Positions 18,862 to 27,029 of a DNA stretch of 35,106 nucleotides are shown here, piece after piece. A program made the translations under genes and the position numbers. The stretch's first letter is position 1; each line of letters begins with the position of its first letter. Source of the DNA: Oscillospiraceae bacterium (GTDB taxonomy: Bacteria; Bacillota; Clostridia; Oscillospirales; CAG-272); the NCBI GenBank assembly GCA_015065045.1, contig SVRB01000002.1:1-35106 (forward strand), in the 5' to 3' direction. The notes beneath the pieces were generated by a model, which had not been told where the DNA came from, did not search any database, and saw only the letters and a list, made by a program, of their open reading frames with translations.

Positions 18862-18890
18862 ATTATACAACAAACCCGTCTTTTTTTCAA
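18862..18890 (-). promoter_or_regulatory. Candidate consensus promoter of the membrane-protein gene (TTGAAA-17-TATAAT)
   Basis: On the minus strand the -35 is at 18890-18885 and the -10 at 18867-18862. Confidence 0.6.
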
Positions 18891-18916
18891 TAGATTATAT
18901 AAAATTGGACAGCTTC

Positions 18917-21220
18917 TTAAATACGAACGTGATTAAACTCGTCACTGCCTGTTCTTTCTTTCATGATAATCGCCTCGCGAACCTGACTTGTAAAAATAAT
19001 CGCCTGAGAAGATTTCTCTGCATACTTCTTCGCTATATCCAACATATTGCATAATCTTCCGTCATCAAGTCTGGCAAAGGCTTCATCAAAAATAACAGGC
19101 ATATTATGTCCTGACTTACCGAACAATTCAGCCAAAGCGAGTCTTAAAGACACATAAGCTATATCCTGAGTTCCCGAGCTTACAAAAGCGATATCCTTAG
19201 TATAAGTCGCGCCGTCATCCTCAAAAGAATAAGTCAATTCGAGCTTGTCGGACACACCTATATCCTTATATTTACCGTCAGTGAGCCCACTCATCAATCT
19301 ACCCGCGCTTGTTGCAAGTCCGGGAGCTATTCTTCCCCTCAATGAATCTGCCGCTTTCTGAAGCTTTTCTGAAGCTAACATATAAGCCTCGTATTTTTGC
19401 TTCAATTCATCAATTCTTGAATTTGCTATTTTAAGTCTGCTTTCAATATCTGCAGGCTTATCTGTCTTTGCGCGAAGTGATGCAAGATTCTTTTCAAGCT
19501 CAGTCAGCTTAGCAGACAAGCTATCCTTTGCCAAAACCGCAAAATCATATCTCTTCTTTATCTCGCTTATATTTTCGCTCTGAACGTCACCCGCAATAGA
19601 ATCATATTCATTTCTGACGCTCTCTTCATCAACATCCGTCAATTTTGAAGAAATAATGTTAAAAACAGCCTCGTTCTTTTCTATTTCTCTATCATATATA
19701 GAAAGATTGTTATTTATTTCAAAGACGTCCGTCTTAACAGCATCAAGAGTCTCCATAATACCTTCAAACGACCTATTCTCCGGAACGACTCCCCATTTAG
19801 CAAGCAAGCTTACGCCTTTATTCAATGCACTTTCAAGCTTTTGTTTCGCCTCATCCTTTTTGCTCTGCTTATAAGCTTGCATTTCGTTTCTGCGGGCAAT
19901 ATATCTTTCTTTTTCTTCAACGCTGTCTATAATAGAAAACAATTCCTTGCGGTCTTTTACGGAAAAATGATTAAACAAGTTCTTCTTTTTTGAATTCGTC
20001 TTAACTACCACAATCAAGCAACAAACGCATATTATAAACGACAAAATACCGCTTACGGCAAAAATAGTCGCGAGCATTGTTACAATTCTTCCGATAACCC
20101 AACCGAGAAAGCCTATAATCAAGCCTATACAAGCAAACACAACAGAAGCGATCGCAAACGTCTTAGTCTTGCTGTTTAAAGCTGAAAGCATCTCGGTTAT
20201 ACCTGTTTTTCCGCCGTGATTTCTTATTTTTTCAGCGACGTCCACAGGATAATCGATTACCTCCTCTGTGACCTCCTCGTCAAATGCTCTTACCTCTTTA
20301 TCAACGTAAGTAATCTCGTTTTTTACCCCATCGATTTCTTTCAAAAAAGCATCGTCAGGAAAAAATCCGTTAATCGTAGTTGCCGCTATTATCTCTCTCT
20401 TACCTTTTTTGTATTCGTCTATCTTATCCTGATACTTCTTTTTTTCCTCAAACCTGCAAAGCACCTCGTAAAGCTCTGCTTTTTTCATAAGGCTTGACAT
20501 TGTTTCGCAATCTTTCTTGTTTTTCTCAATAGACGCTACCGTATTGCGCAATGAAGACTCGTTTTGGATTATCTGTTCATTTACACTTCGAGCTTCGATC
20601 AGTGCAGCTGATAACTCATCTCTCTCTTTTTCGTATAAGTCGAGCAAACCTCTGCCTGTATTCTTTTTGTGTTTTATCTGTACACGCGCATCGTCGAGCT
20701 TTTTCAATGCCTTAGTCGTATTTACGCTTTCGTCGGCTGAATAAAATATATTCTCAACTGCCTGACCAATGCTTTCTCCTTTGAAATAAGCTCCGTCAGC
20801 TTGTCTTATATACACCGTATGAGTAAACACCTCTTCGGGAATACCGAAGAAATATTCACCTGGAATCTTTATGCCTGAAACAACGGAATTCGACGACAGA
20901 TCGACTACTGTAACGTTATCCTTAAAACCATTGCCGTAAGGACTCATCGATCTTTCAATTCTGAATCTTCCGTTTTCGGTATTAAGCACAATACTGCCCG
21001 AAACTTCGTTAGCCTTCCAGCTTAAATATCTGTTTCTTTCGCTCATCGCTCCGTCAACAGATTTATTTGAAAGTCCGTAAAAAACAAACTTAATAAATTC
21101 TCCAAGCGTAGTCTTACCCGACTCATTTCTGCCTTCGATTATGTTTACTCCGGAGCTTAAATCGATTTCACAATGCGAAAGCTTACCGAAATTGCCTATT
21201 TTTATGTTTTCTATATACAT
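18917..21220 (-). CDS. SMC/SbcC-like AAA ATPase of the YhaN (SbcE) type with internal transmembrane segments
   Basis: It has an N-terminal Walker A (GRNESGKTT), long coiled-coil-like Lys/Glu-rich regions, a C-terminal signature-like SSGTQD and a Walker B (VIFDEAFARLDD). The start is set at MYIENIKIGNFG (ATG at 21220), preceded by a GAGGTG RBS. A hydrophobic block of about 50 aa lies mid-protein. Confidence 0.8.
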   Translation of the reverse strand: MYIENIKIGNFGKLSHCEIDLSSGVNIIEGRNESGKTTLGEFIKFVFYGLSNKSVDGAMSERNRYLSWKANEVSGSIVLNTENGRFRIERSMSPYGNGFKDNVTVVDLSSNSVVSGIKIPGEYFFGIPEEVFTHTVYIRQADGAYFKGESIGQAVENIFYSADESVNTTKALKKLDDARVQIKHKKNTGRGLLDLYEKERDELSAALIEARSVNEQIIQNESSLRNTVASIEKNKKDCETMSSLMKKAELYEVLCRFEEKKKYQDKIDEYKKGKREIIAATTINGFFPDDAFLKEIDGVKNEITYVDKEVRAFDEEVTEEVIDYPVDVAEKIRNHGGKTGITEMLSALNSKTKTFAIASVVFACIGLIIGFLGWVIGRIVTMLATIFAVSGILSFIICVCCLIVVVKTNSKKKNLFNHFSVKDRKELFSIIDSVEEKERYIARRNEMQAYKQSKKDEAKQKLESALNKGVSLLAKWGVVPENRSFEGIMETLDAVKTDVFEINNNLSIYDREIEKNEAVFNIISSKLTDVDEESVRNEYDSIAGDVQSENISEIKKRYDFAVLAKDSLSAKLTELEKNLASLRAKTDKPADIESRLKIANSRIDELKQKYEAYMLASEKLQKAADSLRGRIAPGLATSAGRLMSGLTDGKYKDIGVSDKLELTYSFEDDGATYTKDIAFVSSGTQDIAYVSLRLALAELFGKSGHNMPVIFDEAFARLDDGRLCNMLDIAKKYAEKSSQAIIFTSQVREAIIMKERTGSDEFNHVRI

Positions 21221-21231
21221 AATAAAGCACC

Positions 21232-22362
21232 TCAAAAATCCACGACGTTGTTTCCGCCAAGTGCGGAAAGACCGTATTTTAACGCAGAATACGCAATTTG
21301 ACGCTCGTTTTCATCTTCACTCTCAAGCATTGGCTTTAGTTCTTCATAAAAAGCCCCTCTGATCGTAGGATCGTTCTTCAGTCTGTCGATATCATAAAAC
21401 GGTCTCGTCTTGTTCACTATCTCAAGATAGAAAAGCATTTCCTCAATTGAAGTAAATGCGCTTTTTGAAATAACAAGCTCGGAAGATACGTCTCCTTCAA
21501 GTATAACTCTTACAAGAGCATCCCTCGTATACTGCTTTTCTTCTATTACGTTTTTCACAGCCGACACAACATCAGACAGATTTTGCGCCCCTGATACGTT
21601 CACTCTTTCAATTTCATAATGGCGCTTGCAGAAACGAAGCTTTTTAAAGTTCGCCTTAAGCTCGTATTTTTCCTTTTCAAACTCACAAAGTATAGCGCCC
21701 TTATATCCGCATTCACCAAAATCCCTACCCTCAAGGCAACCGGAATACGCATAAAAAGTATCGTCTATCTTCTCAATATCACTGCCGGCGTGTATATGTC
21801 CCAAAGCAACGTAATCAAAACCCGTTGCTCTTATCTCATCAACCGTTATAGGACAACTGCTGCTCTTTGAAACACCAAGCTCACCGTGGGCGCACAAAAT
21901 ATTTATTCTTGAATTTATATTCGGTCTTGCATTACTAAAGGGATTGTATTCAAGCATGGGATTTACAAAAGCATATCCGTATACATCCAAATTCAAATCA
22001 TCAAACGAAAAACACGAAACTGCCGTGCTCTTAAAAATATAAACGTTAGGGGGGAACTTAATTTTTCCGTAAACACCGTTTTCGGTATACGGATCGTGAT
22101 TTCCGGGCGCAACAACAAAACGGCACATCGGATTATCCGCAAACTCTCTCTGGAGCATTGCCGCCGTATCTCTCGTAACGTTTTCGCTTTCAAATAAATC
22201 TCCGCTTATCACAACCACGTCAACACCCGTATGCTTAACGTAATTCATCATTGATGAAAACGTGCTGAGCAGTTCGCTTCTTCTTAATTCCGACTTTCTG
22301 ACGTCCCCGCAAACAAAAGGCGCATCAAGATGCAAATCGGCACAATGTAATACTTTTACCAT
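21232..22362 (-). CDS. SbcD/Mre11-family metallophosphoesterase DNA exonuclease, YhaO type
   Basis: The calcineurin-like motifs LHCADLHLD, ISGDLFE and APGNHDP are present. The start is set at MVKVLH (ATG at 22362) with a GGAGGG RBS 8 nt upstream. Confidence 0.85.
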   Translation of the reverse strand: MVKVLHCADLHLDAPFVCGDVRKSELRRSELLSTFSSMMNYVKHTGVDVVVISGDLFESENVTRDTAAMLQREFADNPMCRFVVAPGNHDPYTENGVYGKIKFPPNVYIFKSTAVSCFSFDDLNLDVYGYAFVNPMLEYNPFSNARPNINSRINILCAHGELGVSKSSSCPITVDEIRATGFDYVALGHIHAGSDIEKIDDTFYAYSGCLEGRDFGECGYKGAILCEFEKEKYELKANFKKLRFCKRHYEIERVNVSGAQNLSDVVSAVKNVIEEKQYTRDALVRVILEGDVSSELVISKSAFTSIEEMLFYLEIVNKTRPFYDIDRLKNDPTIRGAFYEELKPMLESEDENERQIAYSALKYGLSALGGNNVVDF

Positions 22363-22386
22363 AACAAATCCCCTCCGTATATTTCT

Positions 22387-22415
22387 ATTATACATCTACA
22401 TTCAGTTTTTTTCAA
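22387..22415 (-). promoter_or_regulatory. Candidate promoter of the yhaO/yhaN-like operon (TTGAAA-17-TATAAT)
   Basis: On the minus strand the -35 is at 22415-22410 and the -10 at 22392-22387. Confidence 0.55.
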
Positions 22416-22423
22416 CTTTATTA

Positions 22424-22453
22424 TTGAATTATTTATACTTAATGTGATATAAT
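22424..22453 (+). promoter_or_regulatory. Candidate promoter of rbfA-nrnA-truB (TTGAAT-18-TATAAT, TGn extended)
   Basis: The -35 is at 22424-22429 and the -10 at 22448-22453, preceded by TGa. Confidence 0.55.
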
Positions 22454-22505
22454 GTATTTTGATAATAAAATTGTATGTAACAGTAATACGGAAAAGAGGT
22501 ATTTC

Positions 22506-22859
22506 ATGGCAGGATACAGACGCGGACGTGTAAACGAAGAGGTTACAAGAGAATTGTCTGCAATCATACGCGAGGTAAAGGATCCCAGAGTTTCAAACGC
22601 ATTGGTCAGCATAACAGCCGCTGACGTTACGGCTGATATGAAATATGCAAAAATATATTTCTCCTGCATCGGAAACGTAAATAAAAACGAAGTTAAAAAA
22701 GGACTTGAAAGCGCATCCGGCTTTATGAGAAAGCAGATAGCAATCAGACTTAATCTCCGTCAGACACCCGAGCTTAAATTCTATCCCGATGATTCGATCG
22801 AATACGGCGCTAATATAAACAGATTGCTCAAGCAAGTTGAGGACGATCTCCATGACTGA
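22506..22859 (+). CDS. rbfA: Ribosome-binding factor A
   Basis: The product begins MAGYRRGRVNEEVTRELSAIIREVKDPRV, typical of RbfA. An AAGAGG RBS precedes the ATG at 22506, and the longer tracked ORF start is unlikely. Confidence 0.93.
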   Translation: MAGYRRGRVNEEVTRELSAIIREVKDPRVSNALVSITAADVTADMKYAKIYFSCIGNVNKNEVKKGLESASGFMRKQIAIRLNLRQTPELKFYPDDSIEYGANINRLLKQVEDDLHD

Positions 22860-23832
22860 GAACAATATAACTCTTGAGCTTATTGCAAATAAACTTAAAG
22901 AGAAAAAAAGAATTATAATAATCAGCCACGTCCGTCCCGACGGAGATACTTTGGCATCGGCTTTTGCTTTAAAATCCGTCCTTTCTGACTTAGGGAAAAC
23001 GGTTATCTGTACGTCAAGCGACAAAATTTCAGACAGACTTTCATTTTTGTGCGACGACAACTTTTTCCTTCCCGACGAAATACCTGCAGATTTTAACCCC
23101 GATCTTGTAGTTTCGGTTGACGTTGCAAGTATATCAATGTTAGGCAACTGCTCAAGACTTATTTCTCTTGCAGAGTCTATAAAAATTGACCACCATTTAA
23201 GTAACGATAATTTTGCTGATTATAACTACACAGAACACGATAGTGCATCATGCTCGGAAATAATCTTTGACTTAGTAAATATTATGGGGCAAATGTCAGA
23301 CAAAGTATGCGCCCTTCTTTACGCGGGAATCAGTTTTGATACAGGTTGCTTCAAGCATTCCAACGTTACGGAAGGCACACACAAAAAAGCTGCATATCTC
23401 GTTTCAAGAGGGGTAAATACCTCTGAAATAAACCAAAAGCTTTTTGGCAACAAAACAAAAAAAGAGATCTTGGCTTTACAGACAGCTTACAACTCACTCG
23501 AGTTTTATGCTGACGGAAAGATCGCTATCGTTTGCATAACAAATGATATGAAAAAAGAGAAAAATCTCGAGGATGACGATTTGAGTGATATATCTCAAAT
23601 ACCGATAGAGATCGACGGTGTTTTGCTCGGCATAACTTTAAAAGAAAAAACCGAAGCTCCGTCTAACTTTAAATCATCTATGCGAAGTGTTCCGGGTACT
23701 AACGCGTCGGCTGTTTGTAATAAATTCGGTGGCGGCGGTCACGTTTGTGCTGCAGGTTGTCTTATTGTTGCAGAAAGCAAGGATGAACTCATCAAAAAGG
23801 TTCTCGAGGCGGCAATCCCCGAAATAAAATAA
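22852..23832 (+). CDS. nrnA: DHH/DHHA1 family phosphoesterase (NrnA-type oligoribonuclease / pAp phosphatase)
   Basis: The motifs HVRPDGDTLAS, IDHH and GGGGH (DHHA1) are present. The ATG at 22852 overlaps the rbfA stop by 8 nt. Confidence 0.85.
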   Translation: MTENNITLELIANKLKEKKRIIIISHVRPDGDTLASAFALKSVLSDLGKTVICTSSDKISDRLSFLCDDNFFLPDEIPADFNPDLVVSVDVASISMLGNCSRLISLAESIKIDHHLSNDNFADYNYTEHDSASCSEIIFDLVNIMGQMSDKVCALLYAGISFDTGCFKHSNVTEGTHKKAAYLVSRGVNTSEINQKLFGNKTKKEILALQTAYNSLEFYADGKIAIVCITNDMKKEKNLEDDDLSDISQIPIEIDGVLLGITLKEKTEAPSNFKSSMRSVPGTNASAVCNKFGGGGHVCAAGCLIVAESKDELIKKVLEAAIPEIK

Positions 23833-23845
23833 AAAGGATGTTCTT

Positions 23846-24766
23846 ATGTCAACTAACAATCCTATGGGTGTAATTTGCATAAATAAGCACGAAGGCGTTA
23901 CGTCCCACACAATAGTCAATATGGTCAGAAGACTCTATAATACAAAACAGGTCGGACATACGGGTACGCTCGACCCTATGGCGACCGGTGTATTACCCGT
24001 TATGGTAGGCAGAGCTGTTAAGGCTTCTGAATATTTGACTGCCGAGGATAAAGGCTATACAGCACAGATGAAGCTTGGTATAGTTACAGACACGGGTGAT
24101 ATTACCGGAAATATTATTTCGCAAAACGATAATATACCGAGTTACGAACAAGTAAAAGAGATTGTTAGCACTTTTGTAGGAAATATAAAACAAACTCCAC
24201 CTATGTACAGCGCGCTGAAGGTAAACGGACAAAAGCTTGTTGATTTAGCCCGAAAAGGTATAGAAGTGGAGCGAGATTCCAGGGATATCACAATAACCAG
24301 CATCATTTTGGAGCAAACGCCAAATAAATCCGACGAATACAAGCTCCATGTGGAGTGTTCTAAAGGAACTTACATAAGAACTTTATGTACAGATATCGGA
24401 GACGCTCTCGGCTGCGGCGCTACTATGACAAGTCTTGAACGAACCAAAAGCGGCAGCTTTGAATTATCAAACAGCTACACTATTCAACAACTAGAAAATA
24501 TGACCGAAAAAGAAAGGTACGCACTTTTGCAACCTATCGACACCTTGTTTTCAGACATTGAGGAAATACATCTTGCACCATTTTTTGAAAGACTTGCGCG
24601 TTGCGGTGTTGAGATCTATATAAAGAAAATCGGTATGTCATCAAAAACAGTACCGTTAAATACAAGATTCAAGCTCTGCGGAGAAAACGGATTTTTCGCA
24701 CTTGGTGAATTACGCGAATTCCCAGACGGCATGGCTATAAAACCAATTAAACAATTTGTATTATAA
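23846..24766 (+). CDS. truB: tRNA pseudouridine(55) synthase
   Basis: The catalytic motif GHTGTLDPMATGVLPV is present. The product is 306 aa and has a C-terminal PUA-like region. Confidence 0.95.
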   Translation: MSTNNPMGVICINKHEGVTSHTIVNMVRRLYNTKQVGHTGTLDPMATGVLPVMVGRAVKASEYLTAEDKGYTAQMKLGIVTDTGDITGNIISQNDNIPSYEQVKEIVSTFVGNIKQTPPMYSALKVNGQKLVDLARKGIEVERDSRDITITSIILEQTPNKSDEYKLHVECSKGTYIRTLCTDIGDALGCGATMTSLERTKSGSFELSNSYTIQQLENMTEKERYALLQPIDTLFSDIEEIHLAPFFERLARCGVEIYIKKIGMSSKTVPLNTRFKLCGENGFFALGELREFPDGMAIKPIKQFVL

Positions 24767-24769
24767 AAA

Positions 24770-24806
24770 ATAAATCATCACACAAAATGTGATGATTTAT
24801 TTTTTT
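24770..24806. terminator. Bidirectional intrinsic terminator after truB
   Basis: A 13-bp AT-rich stem (ataaatcatcaca / tgtgatgatttat) has an A-run before it and a T7 run after it. Confidence 0.8.
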
Positions 24807-24809
24807 AAG

Positions 24810-25345
24810 TACGTACACTCAGGAGTTTCACTCCCGAACCCTTGCCCAAAGGCGCTTTTTGAAAAAAGCTCCTTTGGAATCCGCAAAAACTTTTCTATAG
24901 ATTAAAATCTTCCTTTTTGAAGGAAGGAGCAAGTTCCTCCCCCCACCAATACCAACATTGTCTAATAAAACACTAAATCTTCCGCAGATCAAGGAGGGTT
25001 CCGAGGGAGGAAAGCCCTCGGTCGTTTTAGGGGTAGGGGTATATAGGGGCGGGGGAATCGAAACCCCCACCCGCGAACCCCCAAAACTTACTTCGTGCGT
25101 TTCGGGGAACCCCGGCGCCCCTTGTGCCTTCTTTGGTTACTTTCTTGGCACGCAAGAAAGTAACGTAAAAAAAAGATAATGTTATTAAGCAAAACAATAT
25201 GTCTTAGCAAAACGGGGCGTCGGGAACGTAGCGAAGCGGCACCGAGGTAGTGAATAACAGTCCTGTGGACTGTTAGAGCCGAGGTGTGACCGAACCGCAG
25301 TAGACCGCCCCCTACAAAAAGTGCCCTCTTGACTCGATCAAAACT
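24810..25345. ncRNA. GC-rich, hairpin-dense non-coding island; candidate structured RNA or RNAs of unknown family
   Basis: My hand count gives 57-60% G+C for 24981-25160 and 25221-25340, against about 40% in flanking genes. An AT-rich spacer of about 30% G+C lies at 25161-25212. Stem-loops lie at 24846-24877, 24909-24926, 25001-25021, 25047-25072 (nested in 25025-25086), 25103-25114, 25136-25164 and 25255-25275, and GGGGCG at 25214-25219 can pair with CGCCCC at 25306-25311. The overlapping ORFs have no RBS. G-U versus A-C pairs in three helices favour the minus strand, but one helix favours the plus strand. Confidence 0.45.
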
Positions 25346-25352
25346 TTTCAAC

Positions 25353-25381
25353 AAAAAAAGACGGTATGAACCGTCTTTTTT
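25353..25381. terminator. Bidirectional intrinsic terminator after serS
   Basis: The stem gacggt / accgtc has a 4-nt loop, an A7 run before it and a T6 run after it. Confidence 0.8.
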
Positions 25382-25402
25382 AAATTTTATAAGCCATAAA
25401 AT

Positions 25403-26683
25403 TTATCTTATTACTTCCTTGCCGCCCATATACATACGGAGAGGTTCGGGAATACGAATGCTTCCGTCTGCCTGAAGATTGTTTTCAAGGAATGCAATAA
25501 GCATTCTGGGGGGAGCAACAACTGTATTATTAAGAGTATGAGGGAAATAATTGTCCTTTTCTTTTCTTCTTACTCTGATGCCGAGTCTTCTTGCCTGAGC
25601 ATCACCAAGGTTAGAACAGCTTCCTACCTCAAAATATTTCTGCTGACGGGGAGACCATGCCTCAACGTCAATACTCTTAACCTTAAGGTCAGCAAGGTCA
25701 CCTGAGCAACATTCAAGTGTACGTACGGGAATATCAAGGCTTCTGAAGAATTCTACTGTGTAAGTATACATCTTCTTAAACCAATCCATGCTCTCCTCGG
25801 GCTTACAAATAACAACCATTTCCTGCTTTTCGAACTGGTGAATTCTGTAAACGCCTCTTTCCTCAATGCCGTGAGCGCCAACCTCTTTTCTAAAGCAAGG
25901 TGAATAGCTTGTCATAGTCTTGGGAAGCTCAGCTTCGTCAGTAATTGTATTGATGAACTTACCAACCATAGAGTGTTCACTCGTACCGATAAGATACAAA
26001 TCCTCTCCCTCGATCTTGTACATCATATTTTCCATTTCAGCAAAGCTCATAACGCCTGTTACAACGTTTCCTCTGATCATAAAAGGAGGAATATAATAAG
26101 TAAAGCCCTTGTCGATCATAAAGTCACGAGCATATGAAATGATTGCTGAATGAAGTCTTGCGATATCTCCGCAGAGATAGTAGAATCCGTTACCGCTTGT
26201 TCTTCTTGCGCTGTCAAGGTCAATGCCGTTAAGCTTTTCCATAATATCAACGTGATAAGGAACCTCAAACTCGGGAACTACAGGATCGCCGAATCTTGCA
26301 ACCTCAACGTTTTCGCTGTCATCCTTACCTATCGGAACAGAATCGTCAATAATATTGGGAATAACCATCATACGATTCTTTACTTCAGCTTCAAGCTCCT
26401 CGATCTTATTTTCAAGAGCCAAAAGTTCATCAGCTGCAGAGCTTACCTGCTTTTTAGCTTCCTCAGCCTCTTCTCTCTTACCCTGAGCCATAAGCATACC
26501 GATCTGCTTGCTTACGGTATTTCTCATATTTCTCAAAGAGTCTCTCTTTGCCTTTGCTTCTCTGTTCTGAATATCAAGCTCGATAACCTCGTCAACAAGA
26601 GCAAGCTTATCATCCTGAAACTTCTTCTTAATGTTTTCCTTTACGATCTCAGGATTTTCACGTAAAAATTTGATGTCTAACAT
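25403..26683 (-). CDS. serS: Serine--tRNA ligase
   Basis: The 426-aa product has an N-terminal coiled-coil arm (MLDIKFLRENPEIVKENIKKK...) and a class II core (TSEHSM, FRKEVGAHG, GSCSNLGDAQARR). Confidence 0.97.
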   Translation of the reverse strand: MLDIKFLRENPEIVKENIKKKFQDDKLALVDEVIELDIQNREAKAKRDSLRNMRNTVSKQIGMLMAQGKREEAEEAKKQVSSAADELLALENKIEELEAEVKNRMMVIPNIIDDSVPIGKDDSENVEVARFGDPVVPEFEVPYHVDIMEKLNGIDLDSARRTSGNGFYYLCGDIARLHSAIISYARDFMIDKGFTYYIPPFMIRGNVVTGVMSFAEMENMMYKIEGEDLYLIGTSEHSMVGKFINTITDEAELPKTMTSYSPCFRKEVGAHGIEERGVYRIHQFEKQEMVVICKPEESMDWFKKMYTYTVEFFRSLDIPVRTLECCSGDLADLKVKSIDVEAWSPRQQKYFEVGSCSNLGDAQARRLGIRVRRKEKDNYFPHTLNNTVVAPPRMLIAFLENNLQADGSIRIPEPLRMYMGGKEVIR

Positions 26684-26990
26684 TTTCTTCTCCTCTATTT
26701 TCTATTATTTATTTACAAAAACATAAAAAGCCTTCCGTGTTCCTTAAAAACGCAAAAAGACCATAATAAGCCTTAACGCTTTAAAAGGGACGGAAAGCTC
26801 CGCGGTACCACCCAATTTGCATAAAAATATGCCGCTCGCAAGATAAAATTCAAATTCTATCTCTGTGCTGTAAAGGGCACTCCCTCCAAAAACTCATCGC
26901 CTTGGCAGACTCTGAAAACGGAAAACAGCTGCAAAACCCATCGATTCACACCAACCACCGATTCTCTGAACGGCATACATCTGTATTTTT
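26684..26990 (-). promoter_or_regulatory. T-box leader riboswitch controlling serS
   Basis: On the minus strand the conserved T-box sequence AATTGGGTGGTACCGCGG lies at 26817-26800. A terminator strand (GGAACACGGAAGGC plus a T-run, about 26743-26720) can pair with GCTTTCCGT just after the T-box. Stem I is closed by ATGCCG / CGGCAT and carries AGAGA and GGTGG elements. I could not place the specifier codon with confidence; AGC and UCU are candidates. Confidence 0.9.
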
Positions 26991-27029
26991 TTCATCAAGC
27001 GTCTATATATATTAAAATTTACGATTTAC

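Noticed and set aside
22439-23147. Minus-strand ORFs (22439-22669 and 22593-23147) antisense to rbfA and nrnA.
   Set aside because: They overlap conserved plus-strand genes that have clear motifs, and they show no RBS or family resemblance.
25044-25312. A tmRNA- or tRNA-like reading on the minus strand. The 5' GGGGGCG can pair with the 3' CGCCCCT, which lies next to a T-arm-like GGGGG-TTTCGAT-TCCCC. A GGTTCGG element resembles the tmRNA GGATTCGAC, and a short frame ends GCT-TAA-TAA.
   Set aside because: At about 269 nt it is short for a one-piece tmRNA. The G-U pair would fall at position 1:72 rather than 3:70. The T-loop is off-register and there is no P2 pairing or recognisable pseudoknots. 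The would-be tag (..AKTYCFA) is unlike Firmicute tags, and no smpB gene is nearby. A cloverleaf cannot be drawn for a tRNA. It still deserves an ARAGORN or Rfam check.
25213-25312. 5S rRNA-like words (TAGCGAAG, GGTAGT, ACCGAAC). An FMN riboswitch was also considered because ribF is missing from its usual place.
   Set aside because: The words occur in the wrong order and spacing for 5S rRNA. The conserved FMN (RFN) core elements are absent, and there is no downstream gene for a riboswitch to control.
24828-25354. Three overlapping ORFs of 73-88 aa (24828-25070 minus, 24958-25179 plus, 25088-25354 minus) inside the GC-rich island.
   Set aside because: None has a Shine-Dalgarno sequence. They overlap one another on both strands. 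Their Gly/Pro/Arg-rich composition and codon usage are unlike every real gene in the window. This pattern is what results when GC-rich structured RNA or repeat DNA is translated.
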